Positions 40,895 to 50,948 of a DNA stretch of 64,000 nucleotides are shown piece by piece. The notes under the pieces were generated by a model that was not told the origin of the DNA, ran no database searches, and saw only the letters and a list, made by a program, of their open reading frames with translations. Position 1 is the stretch's first letter. Each line of letters opens with the position of its first letter. The position numbers and the translations under genes are program-made. The stretch is from Minisyncoccota bacterium (GTDB lineage Bacteria; Patescibacteriota; Minisyncoccia; Phycocordibacterales; UBA12079), in NCBI GenBank assembly GCA_023140255.1, contig JAGLLX010000001.1, positions 27,861 through 91,860 on the forward strand, written 5' to 3'.

Positions 40895-41818
40895 TTAAAA
40901 GTTAATATTATTTTGTTTAAAAAATTCTCCTATCTTAACTGAAATATTTAGTATTTCCTCCATAGTTTCGTAATATTGTTTAGCTCCAAGTAATGCAGAG
41001 AGAGGGTCTGTAAATATTTTAATTAATTGTTCGGTATTTACTGTTGTTTTAATAAGTAAATTAGTTAAAGTTAAATGTTTGTTTTGTAAAACTAGAGGTG
41101 TTCTCATTTTTGTTAAATTATCTACAAGTTCTTCATAAAAAATTGTATTTGATTTTATTTCTTCTAATATTTCAGGTGAATTATTATCTAATGCTTCTTT
41201 TAAAATTAAATTATCATCTCTTAATTCAGGAATTCCAGAAAGTACCTGATTTAATTCCAATGCGTATCTTTGTAAGGATTCAGTGGATGAGTCTTCTATA
41301 ATATTTAAATCATTTAAAGTGATAAGGTTAAACTCTGGTTCATAACTTAACTTATCATAAGCAATCATTTGAATAAGGTCTTCTTGTTCTTGTGTTCCTA
41401 AAGTACCACTTTGTTTCAAGGCTACATAACTTGTAAATATTTCTCTTGCTAATATATCAGTTTGGGTTAATTCAGTTTGAGGTGTTTGTGTAGGTTCTTT
41501 TTCTTTAAAAATTATTTTATTTAAATTACCTTCCCCTTTAATTAAAGGATCTCTATTTGCTAAAATTTCATCATTATCGTTCATTCCATCATTATCAGTA
41601 TCTATATTATTTGGATCAGTTTTCCATAATACTTCCTCCCAATCTTTTAACCCGTCACCATCAGAATCTTTTTGGATAATTTGGGTAGTAATTTCTTGAG
41701 TATCAGAATCATCTATTGAAATATTTTCTGAATTATTGTTATTAAAAATAATAAAGATAACAAAAAATACCAAAATAACACCAGAAGTCATTAATAGTTT
41801 TTTGTTCCAAAAATCCAT
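40895..41818 (-). CDS. Membrane-anchored protein with thrombospondin type-3-like Ca-binding repeats
   Basis: DSDGDGLKDWEE..TDPNNIDTDNDGMNDNDE. Confidence 0.75.
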   Translation of the reverse strand: MDFWNKKLLMTSGVILVFFVIFIIFNNNNSENISIDDSDTQEITTQIIQKDSDGDGLKDWEEVLWKTDPNNIDTDNDGMNDNDEILANRDPLIKGEGNLNKIIFKEKEPTQTPQTELTQTDILAREIFTSYVALKQSGTLGTQEQEDLIQMIAYDKLSYEPEFNLITLNDLNIIEDSSTESLQRYALELNQVLSGIPELRDDNLILKEALDNNSPEILEEIKSNTIFYEELVDNLTKMRTPLVLQNKHLTLTNLLIKTTVNTEQLIKIFTDPLSALLGAKQYYETMEEILNISVKIGEFFKQNNINF

Positions 41819-42084
41819 ATTTATTTTAGTAGAATAAAATAAATTTAAAATATTTTATCCTTATTAATTAATATTATATTAATAATATATACGAACTAAC
41901 CCGAAATTTTAGACGGAATTCATATTACTAAAATTGTAGCATTTTTTAGCATTTTTTTTAGAAAATTTGTGGATAAAAAATAATTGAAAGTTCGTAAAGT
42001 TTATAAGGTCCGTAAAGTCAAAGATTTAGGTCTATTTATTAATAATATATTCAGAAATTCTAAGTTTTTTAGACTAATTACGAC

Positions 42085-42891
42085 TTAATTAAATAATTTA
42101 TTATATAAATTTTGCCAATCTTCTAAAGATAGGTCTTCTGCCCTAATTTTTGTTGAGATATTTAAATCTTCTAAGATTTTAATAAGCTCTTTTTTAGGAA
42201 TTAAAGATATATTATTTAAAAGCATCTTTCTTTTACTTGAAAAGGCTTGGTGAATTAAGTTAAAAAATTTTTCTTCATTAATTTTTTCAAAATACTTTGT
42301 TGAAATATTATCAATCAAAAGAATTGCTGAGTCTACTTTTGGTTGAGGTGAAAAATATTTAGCAGGAATAGTTTTTATATATTTAGGGTTAGCATAGACT
42401 TTTATACTTAAAGATAAAATACTTTCTTTTGGTTTCTTTTTTGATTTTTTTGTTTTATCGGTAGAAGTAATACGTTGGGCAACTTCTTTTTGAAGCATAA
42501 GAATCATTTGTGATGGTTGAAAATCTGAAGATAAGAATTTTCTAATTAATTTTCCAGTAATATAATATGGAATATTAGCTACAATTTTATAATTATTTAA
42601 ATTTAATGTTTCTATATCTATATCTAAAATATCGTTGTGAATTAAGGTTAATTTCCCACTTTTTAATTCTTCAGCAAATTTTTCTTGTAAAAACTCAATT
42701 AAACGATTATCTTTTTCAATAGCAATCACAGAACCTGATTTCTCTAAAAGTTTCTCAGTTAAAGATCCTTTTCCTGGACCAACTTCTAATACAATATCTT
42801 CTTTTTGAAGACTTGCTGTTTCAATTATTTTGTCTAAAATTTCTGAAGAATTTAGAAAATTTTGTCCTAATGATTTTTTTGCTTTGAACAT
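42085..42891 (-). CDS. rsmA: 16S rRNA dimethyladenosine transferase
   Basis: KKSLGQNFL, LEVGPGKG, VANIPYYIT, QKEVAQR, PKVDSA, RAEDL. Confidence 0.96.
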   Translation of the reverse strand: MFKAKKSLGQNFLNSSEILDKIIETASLQKEDIVLEVGPGKGSLTEKLLEKSGSVIAIEKDNRLIEFLQEKFAEELKSGKLTLIHNDILDIDIETLNLNNYKIVANIPYYITGKLIRKFLSSDFQPSQMILMLQKEVAQRITSTDKTKKSKKKPKESILSLSIKVYANPKYIKTIPAKYFSPQPKVDSAILLIDNISTKYFEKINEEKFFNLIHQAFSSKRKMLLNNISLIPKKELIKILEDLNISTKIRAEDLSLEDWQNLYNKLFN

Positions 42892-43058
42892 ATGTAAGTA
42901 TTATGTATTATGTATAAAAAATTCTCTTTGAGAATTTTTTTTGATACTTAATATATATTATATAATATTAAAAAATAAAGCGAGGAAATATGATATTAAA
43001 GGTTTTTTCTTGATACTTGTCTGCCGGCAGGTAGGCTTACTACTTAATACATAATACT

Positions 43059-43122
43059 GAAAAACAAAATAAGAGCCAACTATTCCATTTAAATGGAATA
43101 GTTGGCTCTTATTTTGTTTTTC
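43059..43122. repeat. 64-bp perfect palindrome / terminator after pcrA
   Basis: GAAAAACAAAATAAGAGCCAACTATTCCATTT|AAATGGAATAGTTGGCTCTTATTTTGTTTTTC. Confidence 0.85.
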
Positions 43123-45105
43123 TTACCATTCAAGATATTCAATTTTTTCGTCTCCTGTATCTTGAGAAATAGTATCTCCTAATGAATCTGTATATTCAAT
43201 TAAATTTTCATCAATATCAGTTACAAATTCAGAAACAGTATTTGTTCGACGGGATCCAAAAATAGTTCTCATTGAAGCGTAAGCTAAAAATAATTTTTTT
43301 CTAGCTCTGGTTAATGCTACATAAAACAGCCTTCTCTCCTCTTCTGCTTTACTGGTACTATTTTCACCCATCATTTTACTAGGAAATAATCCATCTTCAA
43401 GCCCTGTAATAAAAACATAATCAAATTCTAGGCCTTTTGCTGAATGGATTGTCATTAGTCTTACTGCTCCAACATTATCATCTATTTCATCTTGGTCGCT
43501 AGATAAAACTACTTCTTCTAATAACTTTTCTAACCCTTCTCCTAACGGTAATTTATCATATTTTATAGCTAAAGAAACAAGTTCTTTTATATTTGAAAGT
43601 CTTTCTAGATCATCTTCAGTCCCTTTTAATTTATATTGTTCGGCAATTTTACTTTCAGAGATAATAAATTTTATTAGGTCTGAGGGTTTCAATTTTTGAG
43701 AATTTTCTGAAATTTTAGTTAAAATGTCTCTGTAATTTTGTACTTTTGTTTTTATAGTTGAGCTTAATTCCTCTTCTTTTCCTGTTGTTATTTTAATTAA
43801 AGTTACTTTCCCAATTCCTCGAGCAGGGGTATTGATAGTTCTTTTCAAACTAGTTAAATCTTTAGAATTCAAGGCTATTTTAAGGTAAGCGATAATATCT
43901 TTAATTTCTTTTCGGTCAAAAAATTTAGTTCCTAGAACTTGGTATGGAACATTTGCATTTAAAAAAGCTTCTTCTAATATTCTTGACTGGAAATTAGTTC
44001 TATATAAAACAGCAATTTCTTTTGGTGAAACTTTCTCATCTTCAATTAAATTTTTAGATTTTTGGGCTACGAAATTAGCTTCATCTCCTTCATTATAAGC
44101 TAAATAAGTGCCTATTTTCTCCCCTTCTATGTTTTTAGTAAAAAGATTTTTTTCTTGACGTTCTAGATTTTTTTGAATTATCTGATTAGCTGCACTCAAA
44201 ATATTTTGGGTAGAACGATAATTTTCTTCTAATAAAATAGTTTCTGCATTTTTAAAATCTTTTTCAAAATTTAAAATATTTTGAATATTAGCTCCTCGCC
44301 AAGAGTAAATATTTTGATCAGCATCTCCTACTACGCATAGATTCTGGTGTTTTTTTGAAAGTAATTGAACAATTTTATATTGAACTTTATTAGTGTCTTG
44401 ATATTCATCAATATGAATTTGTTGCCACTGGTCTTGGTATTTTTTTAATACATCTTTATTTGTTTGTAATAAAGAAGCTGTTTTTAAAAGAAGATCATCA
44501 AAGTCTAGAGATCCTTCTTCTTCAAGTCTTTCTTCATATCTTTTCCAAACTTGAGCTGTAACTTTTAGTAAATATTCATTTCCTTGTTGGCTAGAGTTGC
44601 TTATTTTATCTATAAAAGATGAAATTGTAATAAATTTTCCTTTTTGGCGAGAAATAATACCTAGAATTTTTTTAGGTTCAAATTGTTTAGGGTCTAAATC
44701 AAGAGAAGTAATTATTTCTTTGATAATTTTTTGAGAATCATTTTTATCTAAAATAGAAAAATTTTTAAGAATTTTTAATTCTTTAAAATTTTCACGCAGA
44801 ATATATACTCCTAAAGAGTGAAATGTTTTTATAAATGGTTGTTTATGAAAAGAAATAGGAAGATTCAACTCTTTATCTTTTCGGAGAAGTTCTAAAACTT
44901 TCTCTTTCATCTCCTTAGCTGTTTTATTAGTGAAGGTAACCGCTAAGATATTTTCAGGCGCTACCCCATTTTTAATGAGATGTAAAATACGATAAGTAAT
45001 TGTTCGTGTCTTCCCTGCTCCAGCACCTGCTAAAATTAAAAGAGGACCTTTTTTATGCAAAACTGCCCTTTTTTGTTCAGAATTTAACTCTTCAAGATAT
45101 TTCAT
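43123..45105 (-). CDS. pcrA: ATP-dependent DNA helicase PcrA/UvrD
   Basis: LAGAGAGKT, DEYQDTN, VGDADQNIYSWRGA, LEENYRST, MTIHSAKGLEF, EERRLFYVALTRA. Confidence 0.95.
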   Translation of the reverse strand: MKYLEELNSEQKRAVLHKKGPLLILAGAGAGKTRTITYRILHLIKNGVAPENILAVTFTNKTAKEMKEKVLELLRKDKELNLPISFHKQPFIKTFHSLGVYILRENFKELKILKNFSILDKNDSQKIIKEIITSLDLDPKQFEPKKILGIISRQKGKFITISSFIDKISNSSQQGNEYLLKVTAQVWKRYEERLEEEGSLDFDDLLLKTASLLQTNKDVLKKYQDQWQQIHIDEYQDTNKVQYKIVQLLSKKHQNLCVVGDADQNIYSWRGANIQNILNFEKDFKNAETILLEENYRSTQNILSAANQIIQKNLERQEKNLFTKNIEGEKIGTYLAYNEGDEANFVAQKSKNLIEDEKVSPKEIAVLYRTNFQSRILEEAFLNANVPYQVLGTKFFDRKEIKDIIAYLKIALNSKDLTSLKRTINTPARGIGKVTLIKITTGKEEELSSTIKTKVQNYRDILTKISENSQKLKPSDLIKFIISESKIAEQYKLKGTEDDLERLSNIKELVSLAIKYDKLPLGEGLEKLLEEVVLSSDQDEIDDNVGAVRLMTIHSAKGLEFDYVFITGLEDGLFPSKMMGENSTSKAEEERRLFYVALTRARKKLFLAYASMRTIFGSRRTNTVSEFVTDIDENLIEYTDSLGDTISQDTGDEKIEYLEW

Positions 45106-45400
45106 TACGAACAGTATAGCATAAATATATTATATATTTTTATCCCCAGAACTAGTAGACTAAGGGTCTTAAGTTGATATAATTTAGGTATCTTAAGTAA
45201 AAATATCTGAAAGGAAAAGTATTGACTTTCTAGTCTTTTTTTTATATGATATTGGGATATTTAAGTGATTTGGAGAGAATAGACGACGGCTGTGAGATCA
45301 GTAATTAACATTTAGGCTTATTATACACAACATAAAAGACCTTGTTTCTACGAAAATAAAGACGAAACAAGCGATTAAAACAGATATTAGTGTTTTTTTC

Positions 45401-46453
45401 TTGAAAAATGCTGGTTTTTTTATTGCTTTAAGCCTTATTTTAACACCTTCTATTGGGAATGCGGGTGTTTTTTCTTTATTTACAGGTTGGTTTGAGAATA
45501 ATGTAGAAAAAGTTGTTGTTTTAGTTGATAATGACTATAATTCACAAAATATGGCTCTATTACACACTTTTATAAATAGTAAGCCTAATTTAGCTCAAGG
45601 AGGCGGAGAAATTACGATTGTAGACGATTCTGCTCTCTCTTCAGAGGTTGGTCCTAGTGGAACTATGGCTAATATTAGAGAACTTTCTAATACTGACAGG
45701 ATTGCTACATATATTGTGCGAGAAGGAGATACTTTAGGTCAAATTGCGGAAATGTTTGGTGTTTCCGTAGGAACTATTATCTGGTCTAACGACATTAAAC
45801 AAGGAGATTTGATTAGAAATGGGCAAGTTTTAAGTATCTTACCTATTAGTGGGGTTAACCATAAAGTTGTAAAAGGTGAAACTTTAGCTTCTATTGTTAA
45901 AAAATACCAAGGAGACTTAAAAGAAACTCGTCAATATAATGATTTATTAAATGATGACACTCTTGCTGTTGGAGATGAAATAGTAATTCCGGGTGGAGTA
46001 GATGCCTTACCAACTACAATTACTAAAGCTACATCTTCTTTAGCTCAAAGTATTTTACGTAATCAACAAAATGTTAGAGGTACAGGAGGTCCTGATTATG
46101 GAAGTTATTATATAAGACCAATTTCAGGAGGAATAATCTCTCAAGATTTACATGGATATAATGCAATTGATTTCGCTGCACCTAAAGGAACACCAATTGT
46201 GGCAGCTGCTTCAGGAGAGGTAATTATTTCTAAAGATAATGGTTATTGGAACGGGGGTTACGGGAATTATATTGTAATTAAACATGATAATGGAACTCAG
46301 ACTTTGTATGCTCATAATAGTTCTAATATAGTTTGGGTAGGATATCGTGTTGTTCAAGGGCAGGTAATCGGATATCTTGGTTCAACAGGAAGATCTACTG
46401 GACCACACGTCCACTTTGAAGTACGTGGAGCTAAAAATCCTTTTGCTAGATAG
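45401..46453 (+). CDS. LysM x2 + M23 peptidase
   Basis: YIVREGDTLGQIA, HKVVKGETL, NAIDFAA, YGNY, TLYAH, STGPHVHFE. Confidence 0.92.
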   Translation: MKNAGFFIALSLILTPSIGNAGVFSLFTGWFENNVEKVVVLVDNDYNSQNMALLHTFINSKPNLAQGGGEITIVDDSALSSEVGPSGTMANIRELSNTDRIATYIVREGDTLGQIAEMFGVSVGTIIWSNDIKQGDLIRNGQVLSILPISGVNHKVVKGETLASIVKKYQGDLKETRQYNDLLNDDTLAVGDEIVIPGGVDALPTTITKATSSLAQSILRNQQNVRGTGGPDYGSYYIRPISGGIISQDLHGYNAIDFAAPKGTPIVAAASGEVIISKDNGYWNGGYGNYIVIKHDNGTQTLYAHNSSNIVWVGYRVVQGQVIGYLGSTGRSTGPHVHFEVRGAKNPFAR

Positions 46454-46711
46454 GAAAGTAATTTCAAAGTGTTCCAAAATCCAAAGTATTCCAAATAAAA
46501 TCCAAATGACAAAATCTAAATTTTTAGATTTAAGATTTAAGACCTGCCTGCCGGCAGGTTTTTAATATTTTAATGAATTAATTTCTAAACTTTACTATTC
46601 CATTTAACTGGAATAGTAAGTCTTAAATAATGGCTTGAAATATAGCTAAAAACAAACGGCTGTGATTTCAAATCATGGCCGTTTGTTTTATTGAAAACTC
46701 ATTTTTATTAA

Positions 46712-47029
46712 TTAAATTATATTGCTTTCTTTTAAAGCTTTTTCATAATCAGTTTTAATTTTTTGCAATTCACGACTTTGAGAAGTCTGCTCACTCTTTA
46801 TTTTAGTAATTTCTGTAATCACTCCTCCAGACCTTGCTTCAATTTCTCTTATTTCATTTTTTAAAGTTTGGATTTCAGATTCTTTTTGTTTTAAGCTTTG
46901 TTCTTTTTGCGTTTTTTTTGTTCGGAGAGTTTGCTTTTTTGTTTCTAATGTAGTTAATTCCGTTAGGGCTTTTTGTATTTCCTGCTGAAGTTGATCTAGT
47001 ACTATTTTAAGATTTATTGAATTTGACAT
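46712..47029 (-). CDS. Coiled-coil hypothetical protein
   Basis: Q/E/K-rich heptad pattern throughout. Confidence 0.6.
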   Translation of the reverse strand: MSNSINLKIVLDQLQQEIQKALTELTTLETKKQTLRTKKTQKEQSLKQKESEIQTLKNEIREIEARSGGVITEITKIKSEQTSQSRELQKIKTDYEKALKESNII

Positions 47030-47173
47030 AATATTATTTATATAAGTTATTAATTCAGTAATATTTTAACATTTAAGTTAATCTTTAGCAAAACTCTTTC
47101 TTTTCTTTAATATATAAGTATACTAAAGGAAGGTTGTTTAATTTTAAAAACTTTACATTTAAAGGAGTTTCTG

Positions 47174-47413
47174 ATGAGTATTGATGAAGTGAGGACTTTT
47201 TCAAAAGTTATTAAAAGTAGTGATATAAAAGCTTTTGATGATTTTGTGCAAGAAGTTTACTTGTACAACGGTGGAATAGGATATTTTGTTTCAAAGAGGC
47301 GTATTTGGACTGAAAGTTGTTTTATTCTTCAGCCACTTGGAAATGCTACTAGTAATGGTATGATGACTCACATTATGGCGATAGTGGAATGTGGAAAATT
47401 TCCGATTGACTAA
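47174..47413 (+). CDS. Hypothetical protein, cassette-like
   Basis: SD AAAGGAG, TATACT upstream, terminator CCCGTTCT..AGAACGGG downstream. Confidence 0.6.
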   Translation: MSIDEVRTFSKVIKSSDIKAFDDFVQEVYLYNGGIGYFVSKRRIWTESCFILQPLGNATSNGMMTHIMAIVECGKFPID

Positions 47414-47461
47414 TTTTGCTATATTAAACCCGTTCTTTCTGAGGAGAGAACGGGGATTTTT

Positions 47462-49006
47462 TTAATAAGTTTTTTTAGGTCTATATTGGAGGGCTTCAAG
47501 AATATGTTCCGGTAGTATTTCTTTAATTTGGTTTAGGTCGGCTATAGTTTGAGCTAGTTTTATTATTTTATGATAAGCTCGGGCTGATAAATCTAATCGA
47601 CTAGCTGATGAAATTAAAACTTCTTTTGTTTTAGGGCTTAAAGGGATTAATGTTTCAATATCTTTAGCTGACATCCCGCTATTTGTATTTGTTTTAGTGT
47701 TTTCAAATCTTTTTATTTGAATTTCTCTAGCTTGAGCTACTCTCTTTTGAATATCTTGGCTTTTTTCTAAATTTTCATCTTTAGTTGATAGTTTTGAGTG
47801 TTCTATGTTTGAAACTTCTACCCACATATCAATCCTGTCTATAATCGGACCTGATAATTTTTTCTGGTAATTTATTATTTGAGTGGGTGTGCAAATACAT
47901 TCTTTTTTAGTTCCATAATTTCCACAAGGACAAGGATTCATTGTGGCAATTAAAATAAAATCAGCTGGGAAAGTGGCTGTACCTTTAGCACGAGAAATAT
48001 TTACTGTCCCATCTTCAAGAGGTTGGCGAAGGGCTTCAATTGATCTCTTTTCAAATTCAGGAAATTCATCCAAGAATAAAATTCCTTTATGAGCCAAAGT
48101 AACTTCTCCAGGTTTCGGACTGACGCCACCTCCTACTACAGATACATAAGAGGCTGTGTGGTGAGGTGAACGAAAAGGTGGGGAGATAACTAAATCTCCT
48201 TGAGATATTCCAGCCACTGAATGAATAGAAGTGGTTTCTAAAATATCTTCAAAAGAAAGATGAGGTAGTATTCCGCGAAAAGCTTTGGCTAACATAGATT
48301 TTCCTGTTCCTGGAGGTCCATACATCGCTATATTATGTCCACCCGAAGCTGCTATTTCTAAACCTCTTTTAGCTGATTCTTGTCCTTTTACATCAGCAAA
48401 ATCAATTTCAGGTATTAAATTTTTATATTCAATTTGGGTTTGGGGACTTTTTTTTAATTCGCAGATTATTTCTTGTTCATCATCTGTTAAATTTAAATGT
48501 CTAATTAATTGGGCTAAATTTTTTACTCCAAAAATTTTAATATCTTTAATTAAAGCTCCTTCCTCTGTATTTTCTAACGGAAGATAAACTTCTTCAAAAC
48601 CTTGTTTTTTAGCTTCGCGTACTAAAGAAAGTGTACCATCAATTTTTCTTAATTTCCCATCTAAAGTTAATTCCCCTAGAAAGATTTTTTTAGCAGGGTC
48701 AAAAATAATATCTTCAGAAGCCAAAAGATAAGCTAGTGCTATTCCTAAATCAAAATTTGGACCTTCTTTTTTAATATTAGCAGGAGCTAAAGAAGTGATT
48801 ACTTTTTGATTTCTGCTTTTTGGTGATTTAAAACCGCTATTTTTAATAGCTGCAGATACCCTATCTCGAGATTCTTCAATTGCTTTGTCTGGTAATCCTA
48901 CAATAGAAAAAGCATTTAATGTTTTTTTAGTAATATCAGTTTCAATATCAACAATATATGCTTTTAGCATATTTGTTTGAGCCGAATGTACTTTTGAGAA
49001 AAACAT
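47462..49006 (-). CDS. comM: ComM/YifB Mg-chelatase-like AAA+ ATPase
   Basis: IVGLPDKAIEESRDRV, GPPGTGKSMLA, PFRSPHHTAS, LFLDEFPEF, MNPCPCG, LSARAY. Confidence 0.93.
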   Translation of the reverse strand: MFFSKVHSAQTNMLKAYIVDIETDITKKTLNAFSIVGLPDKAIEESRDRVSAAIKNSGFKSPKSRNQKVITSLAPANIKKEGPNFDLGIALAYLLASEDIIFDPAKKIFLGELTLDGKLRKIDGTLSLVREAKKQGFEEVYLPLENTEEGALIKDIKIFGVKNLAQLIRHLNLTDDEQEIICELKKSPQTQIEYKNLIPEIDFADVKGQESAKRGLEIAASGGHNIAMYGPPGTGKSMLAKAFRGILPHLSFEDILETTSIHSVAGISQGDLVISPPFRSPHHTASYVSVVGGGVSPKPGEVTLAHKGILFLDEFPEFEKRSIEALRQPLEDGTVNISRAKGTATFPADFILIATMNPCPCGNYGTKKECICTPTQIINYQKKLSGPIIDRIDMWVEVSNIEHSKLSTKDENLEKSQDIQKRVAQAREIQIKRFENTKTNTNSGMSAKDIETLIPLSPKTKEVLISSASRLDLSARAYHKIIKLAQTIADLNQIKEILPEHILEALQYRPKKTY

Positions 49007-49041
49007 AGATAAATATTATATATTAGAAATTGAAAATTTTA

Positions 49042-49407
49042 TTAGCTGTTCATATGTTTTATGCATGTTGGAGCTGCGGGATTTGCATTTAATCTCTCTT
49101 CTTCTATAAGTTCTTCACATACTTCACATTTTCCATATATACCGCCTTCAATTTTTTGTAAAGCTTTTTTAACATTATTGAAACGAATTTCTAAATCAGA
49201 AGTAATTGCATTTCTTTCTCCAAATTCTTCTTGGTCATCAGCATTATCATTAGGGTCTGAATGATCACTATCAGCGTTTGTTTCCTCATTTCCTTTAGTT
49301 ATCCAGTCATTAGGATTATTAGGATTTATTTGTCCAAGGCTTTTTAGTTCCTCGGTTAATAATTTTAATTCTTCTTTTAAATCTCTTTCGTATTTATTAA
49401 TATCCAT
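49042..49407 (-). CDS. DksA/TraR C4-type zinc finger protein
   Basis: ALQKIEGGIYGKCEVCEELIEEERLNANPAAPTCIKH. Confidence 0.88.
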   Translation of the reverse strand: MDINKYERDLKEELKLLTEELKSLGQINPNNPNDWITKGNEETNADSDHSDPNDNADDQEEFGERNAITSDLEIRFNNVKKALQKIEGGIYGKCEVCEELIEEERLNANPAAPTCIKHMNS

Positions 49408-49452
49408 GGTTTTTATTAATTAAAGTAATAATCTATATTGTAACATTTAATA

Positions 49453-50847
49453 TTACCTTTTTTGTGTTTTAAGTATTAGGCGGTTAGAAATTTCTTGCAA
49501 AACATTTTTATCTGTTGTTATTACTATCGTATTTTTATCTACAAAAGAGTAAATAAAGATTATTTCTCCAGAGTTATTTAGAATAGCTCGAGTATCTTTA
49601 TTTTTTATAACTAAATCTTTAAATTCAAATTCTCGTGTTCTAAGTTCACTAGACGGGATTGCTGGATTCTCTTCTATAAAAATAGGCCTTAAATCTTCAA
49701 TTAAATTCTTCTCCCACTTTAATATTTCAGGGAAAATATTATCAAAAGATCTTGTTTTTAAAATTAAGAAAGGATAAACATCTAAAGAAGAATAATAACC
49801 ATACATAAATTCAAGGTCTATAAATCTCAAAAAAGTTTCTGAAACTCTAGCTTCTAATAGAAAAAATAAATCATCAGTTGTCAATAATTTTTTACCCACA
49901 ATATTATTTTCTTTTAAATGTTTGTCTGTTAAATATAAATGTAATAAAGACCCTATTGGTAGATTTGTTTTACCTAATTCTGTCTTAATTAAACTAGTCA
50001 ATTTAAGTACATTTGATTTTTCTAAAAAGACTTCTTTTTGGTATTCAGAATCAATAAATGATTTTAGTTCTATTTCATCTATTTTTATAACAGGGATAGG
50101 TTTGTAATAATAAACAAAAAATACAACAGATATTCCTGAAATTACTAAAATTATACTTAATATACTCAAATATATATTTTTTTTAGTGCTTTTTTTGATT
50201 TTTGAAAACTTTTTTAATAGATTAGTATCTTTGTGTTCTTTCTCCATCATAACCGCTTGCGTCATTGATATCTTTTTTGTTTTTATAACATTAACTAAAT
50301 CATTTTGATAAGTTCTTACCATAGAAGAGTTCTTTTTATGTGTTTTTTCTTGAGAATTTGTTTCTTTTACTTTAGTATTTTTTTGAATTTTTGTTGAGAT
50401 AGGTGTTTCAATTGGAGCTTCAGGTGTTAAAGATATATTAGAAATTTGTTCTTGTAAATTTGTTTGTGGAATTTCCTCTGCTTTAAGTACTTTTGGATTT
50501 TCAAGTGTTTCTTTTTTAAGAGCACTTTGAGACATATCTTCTTCCTTAATTATTTCAACTACATCTTTTTCTTTTTGTAGAATATTTGTATCTTCTGTAG
50601 AAGATATTTTAGATAATTCAGCATTTAAGTCAGAGACAGACTCCTCTCTTGCTGTAGTGAGATTATTTTCTAGCTCCTCTTTGTTTTTGTCAGTATTTTC
50701 ACTATTTTTTGCTTCAAAAGGTTGCTGGGATATTATTTTTTCTCCTTGGTCAGTGATTGTTTTAATATCTAAGTTATTTTCTTGAGATTGTTCGTTAGGC
50801 AATGGGTTTAAATCTCCAGAAATTTGTCCCTGAGTTTTTTCTTCCAT
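49453..50847 (-). CDS. Hypothetical bitopic membrane protein with long acidic N-terminus
   Basis: Low-complexity N-terminus, VRTYQND, single TM, FKDLVIKNKDTR. Confidence 0.65.
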   Translation of the reverse strand: MEEKTQGQISGDLNPLPNEQSQENNLDIKTITDQGEKIISQQPFEAKNSENTDKNKEELENNLTTAREESVSDLNAELSKISSTEDTNILQKEKDVVEIIKEEDMSQSALKKETLENPKVLKAEEIPQTNLQEQISNISLTPEAPIETPISTKIQKNTKVKETNSQEKTHKKNSSMVRTYQNDLVNVIKTKKISMTQAVMMEKEHKDTNLLKKFSKIKKSTKKNIYLSILSIILVISGISVVFFVYYYKPIPVIKIDEIELKSFIDSEYQKEVFLEKSNVLKLTSLIKTELGKTNLPIGSLLHLYLTDKHLKENNIVGKKLLTTDDLFFLLEARVSETFLRFIDLEFMYGYYSSLDVYPFLILKTRSFDNIFPEILKWEKNLIEDLRPIFIEENPAIPSSELRTREFEFKDLVIKNKDTRAILNNSGEIIFIYSFVDKNTIVITTDKNVLQEISNRLILKTQKR

Positions 50848-50948
50848 GTTAAAATTATAACATAGCTAGAGAATGGAAGGTAGAAAGTAGAATGTGGAAA
50901 TAAAAAAGGTGGGGAGGCTTTGCCTCCCCACCTTTATGTAATAATAGT

